From a virus (taxonomy: Duplodnaviria > Caudoviricetes), in the IMG/VR virus record IMGVR_UViG_3300020044_002775, positions 1 through 26,152 of that record: 26,152 nucleotides of DNA; one strand, 5' to 3'. The translations under genes and the position numbers were made by a program. Shown here one piece after another: positions 8,711-17,881 of the stretch. The first letter of the stretch is position 1. Each line of letters opens with the position of its first letter. The notes below the pieces were generated by a model. The model was not told where the DNA came from and ran no database searches. It saw only the letters and a program-made list of their open reading frames with translations.

Positions 8711-11700
8711 ATGCCAGCATCAATAATTCTTGCCGCAATTGGCGCTCAATTAGGCGTAATTGGAACGGCCATAGCAACATTTGCAATTAACTTTGCAGTG
8801 TCAGCAATTGTTAGCCGGGTGTTTATTTCTAAACCTGACGCGCCGCAAGACACTGGCTCGCGCCAGCAGATGCCGCCTAGCTCAGACAATCCGATTCCGA
8901 TTGCTTATGGTGACGCTTGGCTAGGTGGCAAGTTTGTTGATGCTGTTTTGTCTGTCGATCAAAAGACAATGTATTACGTCATGGCTATTAGCCATGTATC
9001 GCCCGATGGATTGTTTACTTTTGATACAAGCAATTTTTATTATGGCGATCGTAAGGTTACTTTTGACGGCACGGATTTAACGAAAGTTGTGTCGTTGACT
9101 GATGGCGCTGGAAATGTTGATACAAAGATTGCAGACGATTTGTATGTGTGGCTGTATCGGTCTACAGCAGCGGGCGTAATCACTCCGCTCAACAGTTCAT
9201 CATTGCCGTCTGTTGTAATGGGCGGGTCAGACATTGCGGTTGCGCAACAGTGGACCGGAACCCGTCAGATGAACGGTTTGGCGTTTGCCATTGTTAAACT
9301 TAACTACAACACAACAGATGGCATTACCAGTCTTTCGCCGCTTACGTTTAAGGTAAACCATTACCTTAATGGCGCTGGCGTTGCTCGCCCTGGTGATGTC
9401 TTTCGTGACTATTTGAACAGCAGTGTTTATGGCGGTGCAGTATCTCTGTCAAACATTAACACTACTGCTTGCTCTGATCTAAACACTTATTCTGATGCGC
9501 TGATTACATATACGCCAAGCGGCGGCGGTTCAGCAACGCAAGCAAGATATCGAATCAACGGCGTTATTGACACCGGCGAGCAAGTGCTTTCCAACGTCAA
9601 TAAAATCATGACGGCTTGCGATTCTTGGATGGCCTATGAGTCTGCTACGGGGCAATGGTCGCCAGTAATCAATAAAGCTTCCGCGACGTCTTTTGCGTTT
9701 AATGATTCTAATATCATTGGCGATATTCGTGTTTCGGTTACTGATCTTGCATCAAGCATCAATCAAATTGAGGCTTCGTTTCCGTTTAAAGGAAACAAGG
9801 ATCAACCTGAGTACATTCGTATTGCAACGCCTAGCGGATTGCTTTATTCAAATGAGCCGGTAAACAAACTCAGCACTTCGTTTGATTTGGTAAACGATTC
9901 GGTGCAGGCAGAATATCTTGCCAATCGTTTGCTTGAGCAGGCCAGGGAAGATTTGATTGTTTCTTTCTCTACTGCATATACTGGTATTCAAGTTAATGCT
10001 GGCGATGTTGTCAGCGTTACCAATACTGCTTACGGTTGGACTGACAAACTATTTCGCGTCCTCAAGGTTCAAGAATCATCATTGCCTGATGGCAACCTTG
10101 GCGCTCATGTTGAGCTTTCAGAGTACAACGTGCAGGTTTATGACGATCTAAGCATTCTGCAGTTTTCTCCTTCGCCAAATAGCAACTTGGTTTCTGGCGC
10201 GTACTTTTCTGCATTGCCTGCGCCGACCGTTGGCGATCTTAATCCCGTAGCAGCGATCCCGACGTTTAGCGTGACTTGTCAAATCCCATCAAGCGGTCGA
10301 GTCAATTCGCTTGTTTTGTTTTACACAACCAACCCAACGCCAGCAATTACCGACTGGAAGGTTTGGGGTTCGCAGACAGAGGCCAGCGGCGGTGCTTATA
10401 CACCATCTCTAGCGATTAAGTTTCCGGATATCAATCTCCCGCCAGCAACTTATTACTTTGCGTATCGAGTATCAAACGACACTGCAACTTCTGCACTGTC
10501 TAGTGCATCACTTGCGCACGTTTGGAATCCGACAGGCATTGCAGGGCCGACAGGTCCGACTGGCACTAGCATCACTGGTCCGACTGGGCCTGCAGTAACT
10601 GGCCCGACTGGTGCAAGCGGAACGCAAACTGCAGCGGTGTATCTGTATCAATGGGCGACTGCAACGCCGGCTAGCCCGACGGGCAGCAGCACATATACAT
10701 GGGCGACTGGCGCTAATAGTGCGTATACCGCAAGCGACGGCTGGACGGTTGCGATCCCATCTAATCCTGGTACGCCTGGCATATACCTATGGTATGCCAC
10801 TAAAACGCTTGTAGAGGCCGCAGGAACGGCTACTACTACCGTCAACTGGACGACCGGCATCACGGTCGGCGCAAGCACTGGAAACGGTATTGCGGGCCAG
10901 AAAACAGCCAAGCCGGCAGTGTATCAATGGGCATCAACAATACCGACGATTTCCGGCACCAGTACATACACTTGGGCGACTGGTGCAATTAGCACTATTC
11001 CGTCGGGTTGGTCTGCTGCGCCTGCAGCATCAACGCCAGGCTTCACGTTGTGGCAAGCGGTTGTTTCTATTTCTGATGCAGATGCAGCAACTACTACGTC
11101 AATCAATTGGACTACTGCAAGCGTTCTTGCAAGCGGTTATGCGGGCACTACTGGCGCTCAAGCGCGGGTAATGTACGCAAGGATTGCAAGCAATCCTACG
11201 CCAACTGCAGGAACTGTTACTGTTACTGGCGACAATCGGCCAACTGGAGCGCAAGCAAGTGCGGTTTGGAATGCGTCATTTAACGTAACTTGGTATGTAT
11301 CAGATCCAGACCCGGCAAGTGCTAACTCGCTATATCAAGCTGATGGTGTTTATAGTCCTTCTGCAAACACTACCAGTTGGTCTGCGCCTTATATCAGCAG
11401 TCTAAAAGTTGGCAATTTAAGTGCGGTATCTGTTAATACTGGATCGTTAGATGTTACTGGTAGCTTGACTGTTGGAACGGTTGGCAATGTTAAAGGCGGA
11501 CAAACTGCATATAACAGTGGCACTGGTTTCTTTTTGGGATATAGCGGTGCTGCTTATAAGTTTTCAATTGGATCAAGTTCTAACTCATTTACTTGGGATG
11601 GCACTAATTTAGCAATTGTCGGTGGAAGTATTAACACTTCTGTTGCTAATGCTAGAGTTTCAATCAATCAATCAGGAAACAATAAGATACAAATTTATGA

Positions 11701-12601
11701 TGCGTCATCTGTTCTTGCGGCAGAGTTTGGAGGCGGAAACGGAGTTATTTATGCAACTGCCGCCTCTATTTTGCAATCAACAATTCAAGGTTATGCAACT
11801 GGATATTTTTCAGGTGTTTATGGTAGTCACGTTTCTTCCGGTGGCGTTTCAACTGTTGCAGCTTCTGGCGTAAGAGGTAAAGCTAGCGGATCAACATCAA
11901 GACATGGTGTATTTGGTGAATCTACGGTTTATGAGGCTGTTTATGGTGAGTCAGTTACTTATGGCGCAACAAATCATGGAGTGCGTGGTAAAAATTTAAA
12001 TGGTGTATCTAGTGGAGTTGCAACCGCCGGTTTTGTTGGCGGCGCTAATGGGTATGACTTTTATGCAGATGGCGCTGGTACAAACTACGGTCCGTTTACT
12101 GGTTCGCATGATGGGCTAATGCCAAACAATTTTGTTTGTGAGCCAGGTAATATTGTGGTTGATGTAACTTGCATATCCAGAAAAAACTGGAGCAACACAT
12201 TGTTTGAAGTGGCGCAATCAAGCCAAGCAAATCAAACCAGTGCTGTTGGTGTTGTTGCGCTAGTTAATGGTCCGCTTTCAATGTTTTATCCTTCTGCTTT
12301 GATTTCAGACCAAGTAACCGAAAACAATGATCCAATCATGCTGCCGTTATACGATCAAATCAAAGGTCAATATACTTTGGTTGCGATTAACGCGGTCGGT
12401 GAAGGTCAGGTGTATGTATGTGGACAAAACGGAAATATTTCTAACGGAGATTACATTTGCACTTCTGATACGCCAGGCAAAGGCATGAAACAAACAAGCA
12501 ATGTTTTATCTAATACAACTGTTGCCAAGGCTAGGGAAAATGTAACTTTTGATTTCCCAGAGCAAATTAAGCAAGTGGCTTGTTTTTACGTTTCCGGTTA
12601 A
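8711..12601 (+). CDS. Tail tip / host-specificity protein (lambda J-like) with fibre extension
   Basis: Hydrophobic N-terminus, PIPIAYG, GLAFAIVKL, RYRINGVIDT, GDVVSVT...WTDKLFRVLKV (phage-tail_3-like), GPT collagen triplets. The C-terminal FTGSH...GEGQVYV...NGDYICTS..PGKGMKQ resembles an autocleaving chaperone. ATG at 8711 preferred over the TTG at 8684. Confidence 0.85.
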   Translation: MPASIILAAIGAQLGVIGTAIATFAINFAVSAIVSRVFISKPDAPQDTGSRQQMPPSSDNPIPIAYGDAWLGGKFVDAVLSVDQKTMYYVMAISHVSPDGLFTFDTSNFYYGDRKVTFDGTDLTKVVSLTDGAGNVDTKIADDLYVWLYRSTAAGVITPLNSSSLPSVVMGGSDIAVAQQWTGTRQMNGLAFAIVKLNYNTTDGITSLSPLTFKVNHYLNGAGVARPGDVFRDYLNSSVYGGAVSLSNINTTACSDLNTYSDALITYTPSGGGSATQARYRINGVIDTGEQVLSNVNKIMTACDSWMAYESATGQWSPVINKASATSFAFNDSNIIGDIRVSVTDLASSINQIEASFPFKGNKDQPEYIRIATPSGLLYSNEPVNKLSTSFDLVNDSVQAEYLANRLLEQAREDLIVSFSTAYTGIQVNAGDVVSVTNTAYGWTDKLFRVLKVQESSLPDGNLGAHVELSEYNVQVYDDLSILQFSPSPNSNLVSGAYFSALPAPTVGDLNPVAAIPTFSVTCQIPSSGRVNSLVLFYTTNPTPAITDWKVWGSQTEASGGAYTPSLAIKFPDINLPPATYYFAYRVSNDTATSALSSASLAHVWNPTGIAGPTGPTGTSITGPTGPAVTGPTGASGTQTAAVYLYQWATATPASPTGSSTYTWATGANSAYTASDGWTVAIPSNPGTPGIYLWYATKTLVEAAGTATTTVNWTTGITVGASTGNGIAGQKTAKPAVYQWASTIPTISGTSTYTWATGAISTIPSGWSAAPAASTPGFTLWQAVVSISDADAATTTSINWTTASVLASGYAGTTGAQARVMYARIASNPTPTAGTVTVTGDNRPTGAQASAVWNASFNVTWYVSDPDPASANSLYQADGVYSPSANTTSWSAPYISSLKVGNLSAVSVNTGSLDVTGSLTVGTVGNVKGGQTAYNSGTGFFLGYSGAAYKFSIGSSSNSFTWDGTNLAIVGGSINTSVANARVSINQSGNNKIQIYDASSVLAAEFGGGNGVIYATAASILQSTIQGYATGYFSGVYGSHVSSGGVSTVAASGVRGKASGSTSRHGVFGESTVYEAVYGESVTYGATNHGVRGKNLNGVSSGVATAGFVGGANGYDFYADGAGTNYGPFTGSHDGLMPNNFVCEPGNIVVDVTCISRKNWSNTLFEVAQSSQANQTSAVGVVALVNGPLSMFYPSALISDQVTENNDPIMLPLYDQIKGQYTLVAINAVGEGQVYVCGQNGNISNGDYICTSDTPGKGMKQTSNVLSNTTVAKARENVTFDFPEQIKQVACFYVSG
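10541..10620 (+). repeat. Collagen-like Gly-Pro-Thr repeats within tail tip gene
   Basis: GPTGPTGTSITGPTGPAVTGPTGASG. Confidence 0.8.
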
Positions 12602-12614
12602 AATTTGCAAACAA

Positions 12615-12670
12615 GACATGATTCGTAGCCCTGCGAGTACGCGGGGAGCGTCACTACCTGAGTTCAGGGA
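12615..12670 (+). promoter_or_regulatory. Candidate structured cis-regulatory RNA overlapping the RBS
   Basis: Hairpin CCCTGCG/CGCGGGG (12629-12646), GTAG/CTAC pairing, and CCCTG complementary to the CAGGG of the RBS. Confidence 0.4.
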
Positions 12671-12676
12671 ACTAAA

Positions 12677-13159
12677 ATGGCTTTGTTTTCGCAGAATACG
12701 CTGACGCAAGTATCGGGTTTTGATAACCCGATCATTGCAGGCGAGTTGGTTTACAACCAAAAAACCTTTTGGAATTTGGCGCTTACGTCTGCAGGTTCGC
12801 CTGTTAACCTGACGGGCGTAACCATTAACGCGTCAATTGTGCGCCGCACAATATCTAATCTTGTCGATACCCGCAACGGGTTGACATTTGATATTGGCAA
12901 TTACACGCCAACGCCGACAACGGTGACGTTGACCATTTCCAATCTTAATGCTGCGGCAGGCACGTTTACTGTTGTAATTGATGATTCTACTTGGTCGCTG
13001 GTGACTGGCGATCCTGAGCTAGACATTTCTGCTACAGAGCCTGTTGCGTTTTCCGGTCGAATTAAAATGAGTTTTCCTGCGTCTGGTTCCAGCCCAGCAG
13101 AAGATAACATTATCTTTTTGCTGTTCTTGGTTCGGTCAGACGGCGTTATTAACGTATAA
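12677..13159 (+). CDS. Virion structural protein (possible BppU-like fibre attachment/baseplate domain)
   Basis: [21 protein letters not shown]...[11 protein letters not shown] pattern of Ig-like baseplate-upper domains; sits between the tail tip and fibre genes. Confidence 0.55.
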   Translation: MALFSQNTLTQVSGFDNPIIAGELVYNQKTFWNLALTSAGSPVNLTGVTINASIVRRTISNLVDTRNGLTFDIGNYTPTPTTVTLTISNLNAAAGTFTVVIDDSTWSLVTGDPELDISATEPVAFSGRIKMSFPASGSSPAEDNIIFLLFLVRSDGVINV

Positions 13160-13170
13160 AGGAAAACATC

Positions 13171-14034
13171 ATGGCGAACATTTCCGTTTCAGTTACGGAT
13201 GGCAATAATATTGCTGTTGCAGTAACGCCGTTGCCGACGCAGCTAATTACGATTGATCGAGGTGTTTCTGGCGCTGTTGGCCCAACTGGTCCGACTGGTG
13301 CGCCTGGCTCGGTGCAATCTGTTGGCTTGTCTGCGCCATCTGTCTTTAATGTCAGCGGATCTCCTGTCACCACTACCGGAACTCTTGCTCTTTCTTATTC
13401 AGGCACTCCTTTGCCTGTGCTTAACGGCGGCACCGGGCTGACTACATACACTGCAAACGGGGTTCTTTATGCTAGCGGCACTGGTACGCTTGCAACGGGT
13501 ACTGGACTGCTGTTTAGCTCGACCAATCTGTTGGTTGGTACGTCAACAAACACAAACACTTCTAAGATTGTCGCTGCAGGCACGATCTCCGAGACAGTCG
13601 GCTCTACTCAATACCTAGTCGCTAGTCAGTTCGATGTCGGCGCAGCGCCGAATCAGATCCCGCTGAACCAGTACCTTGGCAGTCTGGCGTATGAAGATGC
13701 TGCAAACATTGCAGGTCAAGTAGGGGTCATTGCTGGCACTGCTGCACTGCCGTCGCTGGTCTCTGCTGTAGATACGGATACGGGAGTGTGGTTCCCTGCG
13801 GCGAATACTGTTGCACTGAGCACTGGTGGGTCTGAGCGGGCGCGGTTTGACTCCTCCGGCAACCTCCTAGTCGGCACTACCGCAGCGGGAACTACCGCAG
13901 CCAAGATAATCGGCATGGGTAACGCAACAGCGCCAACAACCTCTCCTGCTGGCATGGGTCAGTTATACGTTGAAGCGGGTGCGTTGAAGTATCGCGGTTC
14001 GAGCGGCACCGTCACAACCATTGCAGTCGCATAA
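13171..14034 (+). CDS. Tail fibre protein (287 aa)
   Basis: RBS AAGGA; [10 protein letters not shown] triplets, [25 protein letters not shown] beta-fibre repeats, C-terminal [23 protein letters not shown]. Confidence 0.8.
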   Translation: MANISVSVTDGNNIAVAVTPLPTQLITIDRGVSGAVGPTGPTGAPGSVQSVGLSAPSVFNVSGSPVTTTGTLALSYSGTPLPVLNGGTGLTTYTANGVLYASGTGTLATGTGLLFSSTNLLVGTSTNTNTSKIVAAGTISETVGSTQYLVASQFDVGAAPNQIPLNQYLGSLAYEDAANIAGQVGVIAGTAALPSLVSAVDTDTGVWFPAANTVALSTGGSERARFDSSGNLLVGTTAAGTTAAKIIGMGNATAPTTSPAGMGQLYVEAGALKYRGSSGTVTTIAVA

Positions 14035-14043
14035 GGTGAAATC

Positions 14044-17000
14044 ATGAGCTTGTCTAATAACTTCCCGACGATCAAACCTTCGCTGCTGCTGGACTTTGCG
14101 AACGTCAATCAACTAGATCCGCGCATTACGTTTACCCGCGCTAGCACGGCTACTTATACCAACAGCAACGGCTTGCTGACCAGTTCTGCTACGAACACGC
14201 CGAGGTTTGACTACAACCCTAATACAGGTGCGCCGCAGGGGTTGTTGGTTGAGGAGCAGCGCACGAATTTGCTGACGTATAGCAGTGAGTTTGATAATGC
14301 GGCTTGGACTAAATTTAGGTCAAATGTTTCTGCAAATGTTATTGCTTCACCAACGGGCAATTTAGATGCAGACAAACTGATTGAAGATACAACTGCAAGC
14401 AATAGCCATTATATTGTTCAAAACCCCTCAGTTGTAAGCGGCTCTGCGTATACATATACTGTATATGCCAAAGATGCTGGCAGGCGTTATTTGCAACTAA
14501 TTTTTACTACCCCAGCATTTAGTGTAAATGTAGTTGCAACTTTTGATCTTATATCTGGCACTAGCACTCAAAGTGGAGGCGTTGCCTCTATTACTAATGC
14601 TGGTAATGGTTGGTATCGTTGTTCAGTGACTGCAACGGCAGCAACAACCACTAACGTTAATTGTCAATTGCGGCTTTCTGATTCCAGTATATCTACGCCA
14701 GCCTCTTACACCGGAGACGGCACCAGTGGCATCTACATCTGGGGCGCTCAACTAGAGGCAGGCGCATTCCCCACTAGCTACGTTCCTTCCACTAACACCT
14801 TCACCAGCCGTGCGTCTGTAGGCTCTTTTGTTGACTCTACCGGCACGTTGCAAAGTGCGGCTATTAACGTAGCGCGGAACACTTATAACCCTAGCAACCT
14901 GACTGCGGCACCGTTTCTGCTGCTAGAGGAGTCTAGGACGAATTCGATTCGCAATAGCACGGGTGTTGGGGCTATTGCTGGTACGCCGGGGACGTTGCCG
15001 ACGAATTGGGTGGGTACAGGAGGTGTAGCTAACGGCTTAACTAGACAAATAGTTGGAGTGGGTGTTGAAAGTGGTACTACCTATGTTGATATAAGATATA
15101 GCGGCACCACAACAGCAGCTTCATTTCATAGTATTAGTGAAGAGACTATTGGAGCGGTGGCCGCATCTTCTGGTCAAACATGGACTCATTCAGCGTATAT
15201 TTCACTTGTTGGTGGTTCTACAACCAATATAAATGCATTTGATATTGGCGTTAACGAATATTCAAGTGCTCCAGCATATTTAACAGGTTTTTCAGTAAAT
15301 ATTGCAATTTCTTCTGGCGCATTGCTTACTAAAAGGTATTTAGTTACACGCACTTTAACAAATGCATCTACAGCATCAATACATCCATTCTTTGCTTTTA
15401 CATATAGCTCTGGTGTCGCTATCGACATCACTCTTCGAATTGGCCTCCCCCAACTCGAACAAGGCTACGGAGCGTCTAGTGTAATCCCCAACTCGCCGAC
15501 ATTTACCAGCCGTGCTAGTGCTGCTACTTACTACAACGCTAGTGGACTGGTGACCAGTGCGGCGACGAACGTAGCGCGTCTTAACTACAACCCGGCGAAT
15601 CTAGCGCAGCCTGCCAACTTGATTCTTGAGAACGCGGCGACGAACCTAATTACTTATAGCAGTGAGTTTGACAACGCGGCTTGGGTTAAGACCAGATCCA
15701 ACATAGCTGCAAATGTTATTGCTTCACCAACGGGCAACGTGGATGCGGATAAGCTGATTGAAGATACGTCAGTAAGCAATACCCACATTGTTTATGCCGC
15801 TCCGGCAGCTGCGTCTAACAGCTATACTTTTTCTGTATATGCAAAAGCAGCGGAAAGAACAGAAATTGCAGTTCGACTTGATTGTGGTACATCAGGTCAA
15901 CAAGTTGGGTTTTTTAATCTTAGTTCTGGAGCAATTGGCACAGTTACATCAAATATAAGGTCATCAATTGCAAGTGCTGGAAATGGTTGGTATAGGTGTT
16001 CTATCTCTACAATAACAAATGATAATATAATCAATGCAGTTTTAATGCCTGCTGTTGGCGGAACTCAAATTTACACCGGCGACGGCGTATCTGGCATCTA
16101 CATCTGGGGTGCTCAACTTGAAACCGGCTCTGCAGCGACTACCTACATCCCTTCGACCAACACCTTTACCAGCCGTGCTAGTACGGGTAGCTACTTCGAT
16201 AGCGCAGGGGTGCTGCAGAGTGCAGCGATTAACGTAGCAAGAAACACATACAACCCGGCTAACCTTGCTGCAGCGCCGTTCTTGTTGCTTGAAGAAGCGC
16301 GGACTAACTCGATCCGCAACAATACGATGGTCGGTGCGGTTGCAGGTACGCCGGGTACGTTGCCGACGAATTGGGTACAAGCAGCGATATCGTCTGGATT
16401 GACTCAACAGATTGTAGGTGTTGGCACTGACAGCGGCATTAATTATATTGAAATTAGGCTTTCTGGCACGACAGCAGATGCTAATGGATACGTATTAAAC
16501 TTTGAGTTGGGAACGCAAATTGCCGCAGCAAACGGTCAGTCTTGGGCTGCTTCTTTGTACTTGGCTATTGTGTCGGGTAGCACTGCAAACATTGCATCCA
16601 TTGTTCAACGGCTTACGGAACGGTCTGCCGCTGGCGCATTTTTGGCATCAACAGATACTACAATTGCTACGGCAACAAGTTCGCTAAAAAACAGATTCTT
16701 TGCAACGCGCACTTTTAACAACGTTTCAACGGCATTTACTACTTCTGCGCTTGTACTAAACATTGTTTCCGGTGTCGCTATCGACATCACTCTCCGTATC
16801 GGCCTCCCCCAACTTGAACAAGGCTACGGAGCGTCTAGCGTTATCCCAACCTCGACAGTAGCAGTCACCCGCGCTGCGGATGTATCGAGTTCTGCAACAA
16901 CCACTCGCGCTGCAGATGTTTATGCGCAAGCAGCGCTGACCAGAAGTGCGGATGTGTCGAGTTCTGCGCAGACTACCCGCGCTGCGGAGGCTGCAGCCGT

Positions 17001-17469
17001 TAACAATTTGACGCCTTGGTACAACCAGACGGAAGGGACGTTGTTTGCGGAGGGATCGCGTATCGCAGCAGGCTTAACTTCTGGTGTAATGGTAGGTTTT
17101 GCACAAACTTTGACATTTAATCAATCAATGTATATGTCAAATGACATTGGGAATGGAAATTCAATAACAAGCAGAGTCATTAACGGAGGGGTAATACAGG
17201 CGACACTTGGTGGCCCGGTAGCTACAGGTGTTACCAACACCTTCAAAACCACATTGGCGTACGCCACAAATAATTTTGCAGGCTCTATCAATGGGGCAAC
17301 TCCACTTACCGATGTATCCGGCACAGTTCCAACCCCAATACAAGTTCTTGCAATTGGTAGCGCACCTTGGAGTGCTATTGGCGAAACAAACTGGTCTGGA
17401 TACATCCGCCGTATTGCTTACTACCCAAAACGTCTCTCTAACACCGAACTTCAAGGAATTACATCATGA
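14044..17469 (+). CDS. Large fibre/spike protein with four carbohydrate-binding-like modules and a C-terminal LamG/ConA-like domain
   Basis: SLLLDFAN...ITFTRASTATY...GLLVEEQRTNLL, NGWYRCS, IYIWGAQLE.G, TRAAD and terminal GYIRRIAYYPKRLSNTELQ motifs, typical of phage spike/fibre lectin-like proteins. Confidence 0.8.
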   Translation: MSLSNNFPTIKPSLLLDFANVNQLDPRITFTRASTATYTNSNGLLTSSATNTPRFDYNPNTGAPQGLLVEEQRTNLLTYSSEFDNAAWTKFRSNVSANVIASPTGNLDADKLIEDTTASNSHYIVQNPSVVSGSAYTYTVYAKDAGRRYLQLIFTTPAFSVNVVATFDLISGTSTQSGGVASITNAGNGWYRCSVTATAATTTNVNCQLRLSDSSISTPASYTGDGTSGIYIWGAQLEAGAFPTSYVPSTNTFTSRASVGSFVDSTGTLQSAAINVARNTYNPSNLTAAPFLLLEESRTNSIRNSTGVGAIAGTPGTLPTNWVGTGGVANGLTRQIVGVGVESGTTYVDIRYSGTTTAASFHSISEETIGAVAASSGQTWTHSAYISLVGGSTTNINAFDIGVNEYSSAPAYLTGFSVNIAISSGALLTKRYLVTRTLTNASTASIHPFFAFTYSSGVAIDITLRIGLPQLEQGYGASSVIPNSPTFTSRASAATYYNASGLVTSAATNVARLNYNPANLAQPANLILENAATNLITYSSEFDNAAWVKTRSNIAANVIASPTGNVDADKLIEDTSVSNTHIVYAAPAAASNSYTFSVYAKAAERTEIAVRLDCGTSGQQVGFFNLSSGAIGTVTSNIRSSIASAGNGWYRCSISTITNDNIINAVLMPAVGGTQIYTGDGVSGIYIWGAQLETGSAATTYIPSTNTFTSRASTGSYFDSAGVLQSAAINVARNTYNPANLAAAPFLLLEEARTNSIRNNTMVGAVAGTPGTLPTNWVQAAISSGLTQQIVGVGTDSGINYIEIRLSGTTADANGYVLNFELGTQIAAANGQSWAASLYLAIVSGSTANIASIVQRLTERSAAGAFLASTDTTIATATSSLKNRFFATRTFNNVSTAFTTSALVLNIVSGVAIDITLRIGLPQLEQGYGASSVIPTSTVAVTRAADVSSSATTTRAADVYAQAALTRSADVSSSAQTTRAAEAAAVNNLTPWYNQTEGTLFAEGSRIAAGLTSGVMVGFAQTLTFNQSMYMSNDIGNGNSITSRVINGGVIQATLGGPVATGVTNTFKTTLAYATNNFAGSINGATPLTDVSGTVPTPIQVLAIGSAPWSAIGETNWSGYIRRIAYYPKRLSNTELQGITS
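14128..16866 (+). repeat. Four internal modules A(14128)-B(14797)-A'(15499)-B'(16162)
   Basis: Each module starts TFT(S)RAS and ends QLExG..x(Y/V)(V/I)P. A/A' and B/B' share near-identical DNA blocks, e.g. 14330-14360 = 15707-15737. Confidence 0.9.
16867..16989 (+). repeat. Four 36-nt (12-aa) TRAAD repeats
   Basis: TRAADVSSSATT / TRAADVYAQAAL / TRSADVSSSAQT / TRAAE at 16867, 16903, 16939, 16975. Confidence 0.9.
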
Positions 17470-17729
17470 TTGACTACTACCTGAAATTTGACACTGAAGC
17501 TGATGCTGCAGCAGTGCTTTACGACGGCGATCAGCCTAAGTACCCGAACACCGATGTCATTGGCGTGATCTACAAACCCACTGGCGCGACTGTTGATACG
17601 CCGGATGGCCCGATGCCGGAAATGGCTCCTCTTGATGGTTGGCACGTTAATGTGCGGTGTATCGAAGAGCAACCGGAACTGGACGCTTATGTTGTGCAGG
17701 TTAAAACGCCGGTAAGGGTCTGGGCATGA
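17466..17729 (+). CDS. Hypothetical fibre-associated protein (87 aa)
   Basis: ATGA coupling to the spike gene; DYYLKF...DVIGVIYKPTG...GWHVNVR...PVRVWA. Confidence 0.7.
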   Translation: MIDYYLKFDTEADAAAVLYDGDQPKYPNTDVIGVIYKPTGATVDTPDGPMPEMAPLDGWHVNVRCIEEQPELDAYVVQVKTPVRVWA

Positions 17730-17863
17730 TTACGTTAAACCTGACCACTGAAGAAGTGAACGCAATCCTGCAGGTGCTGGGTGAGTTGCCTAGCAAGACC
17801 GGGGTGTGGCCGCTGATCGTGAAGATCAAAGAACAGGCAGCAGCAAAGCCTGCAGCAGAATAA
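17726..17863 (+). CDS. Small hypothetical protein (45 aa, not in ORF track)
   Basis: ATGA overlap; MITLNLTTEEVNAILQVLGELPSKTGVWPLIVKIKEQAAAKPAAE fills the gap before the glycosyltransferase. Confidence 0.7.
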   Translation: MITLNLTTEEVNAILQVLGELPSKTGVWPLIVKIKEQAAAKPAAE

Positions 17864-17881
17864 TCATTAAAAAGACAAGAT

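Noticed and set aside
14128-16866. Diversity-generating retroelement (TR/VR pair) in the spike repeats
   Set aside because: Mismatches between copies are mostly synonymous third-position changes, not adenine-specific. Both copies are in-frame coding, and no reverse transcriptase is in the window.
16867-16989. CRISPR-like 36-nt periodicity
   Set aside because: The repeats are degenerate, in-frame peptide repeats with no unique spacers and no cas genes.
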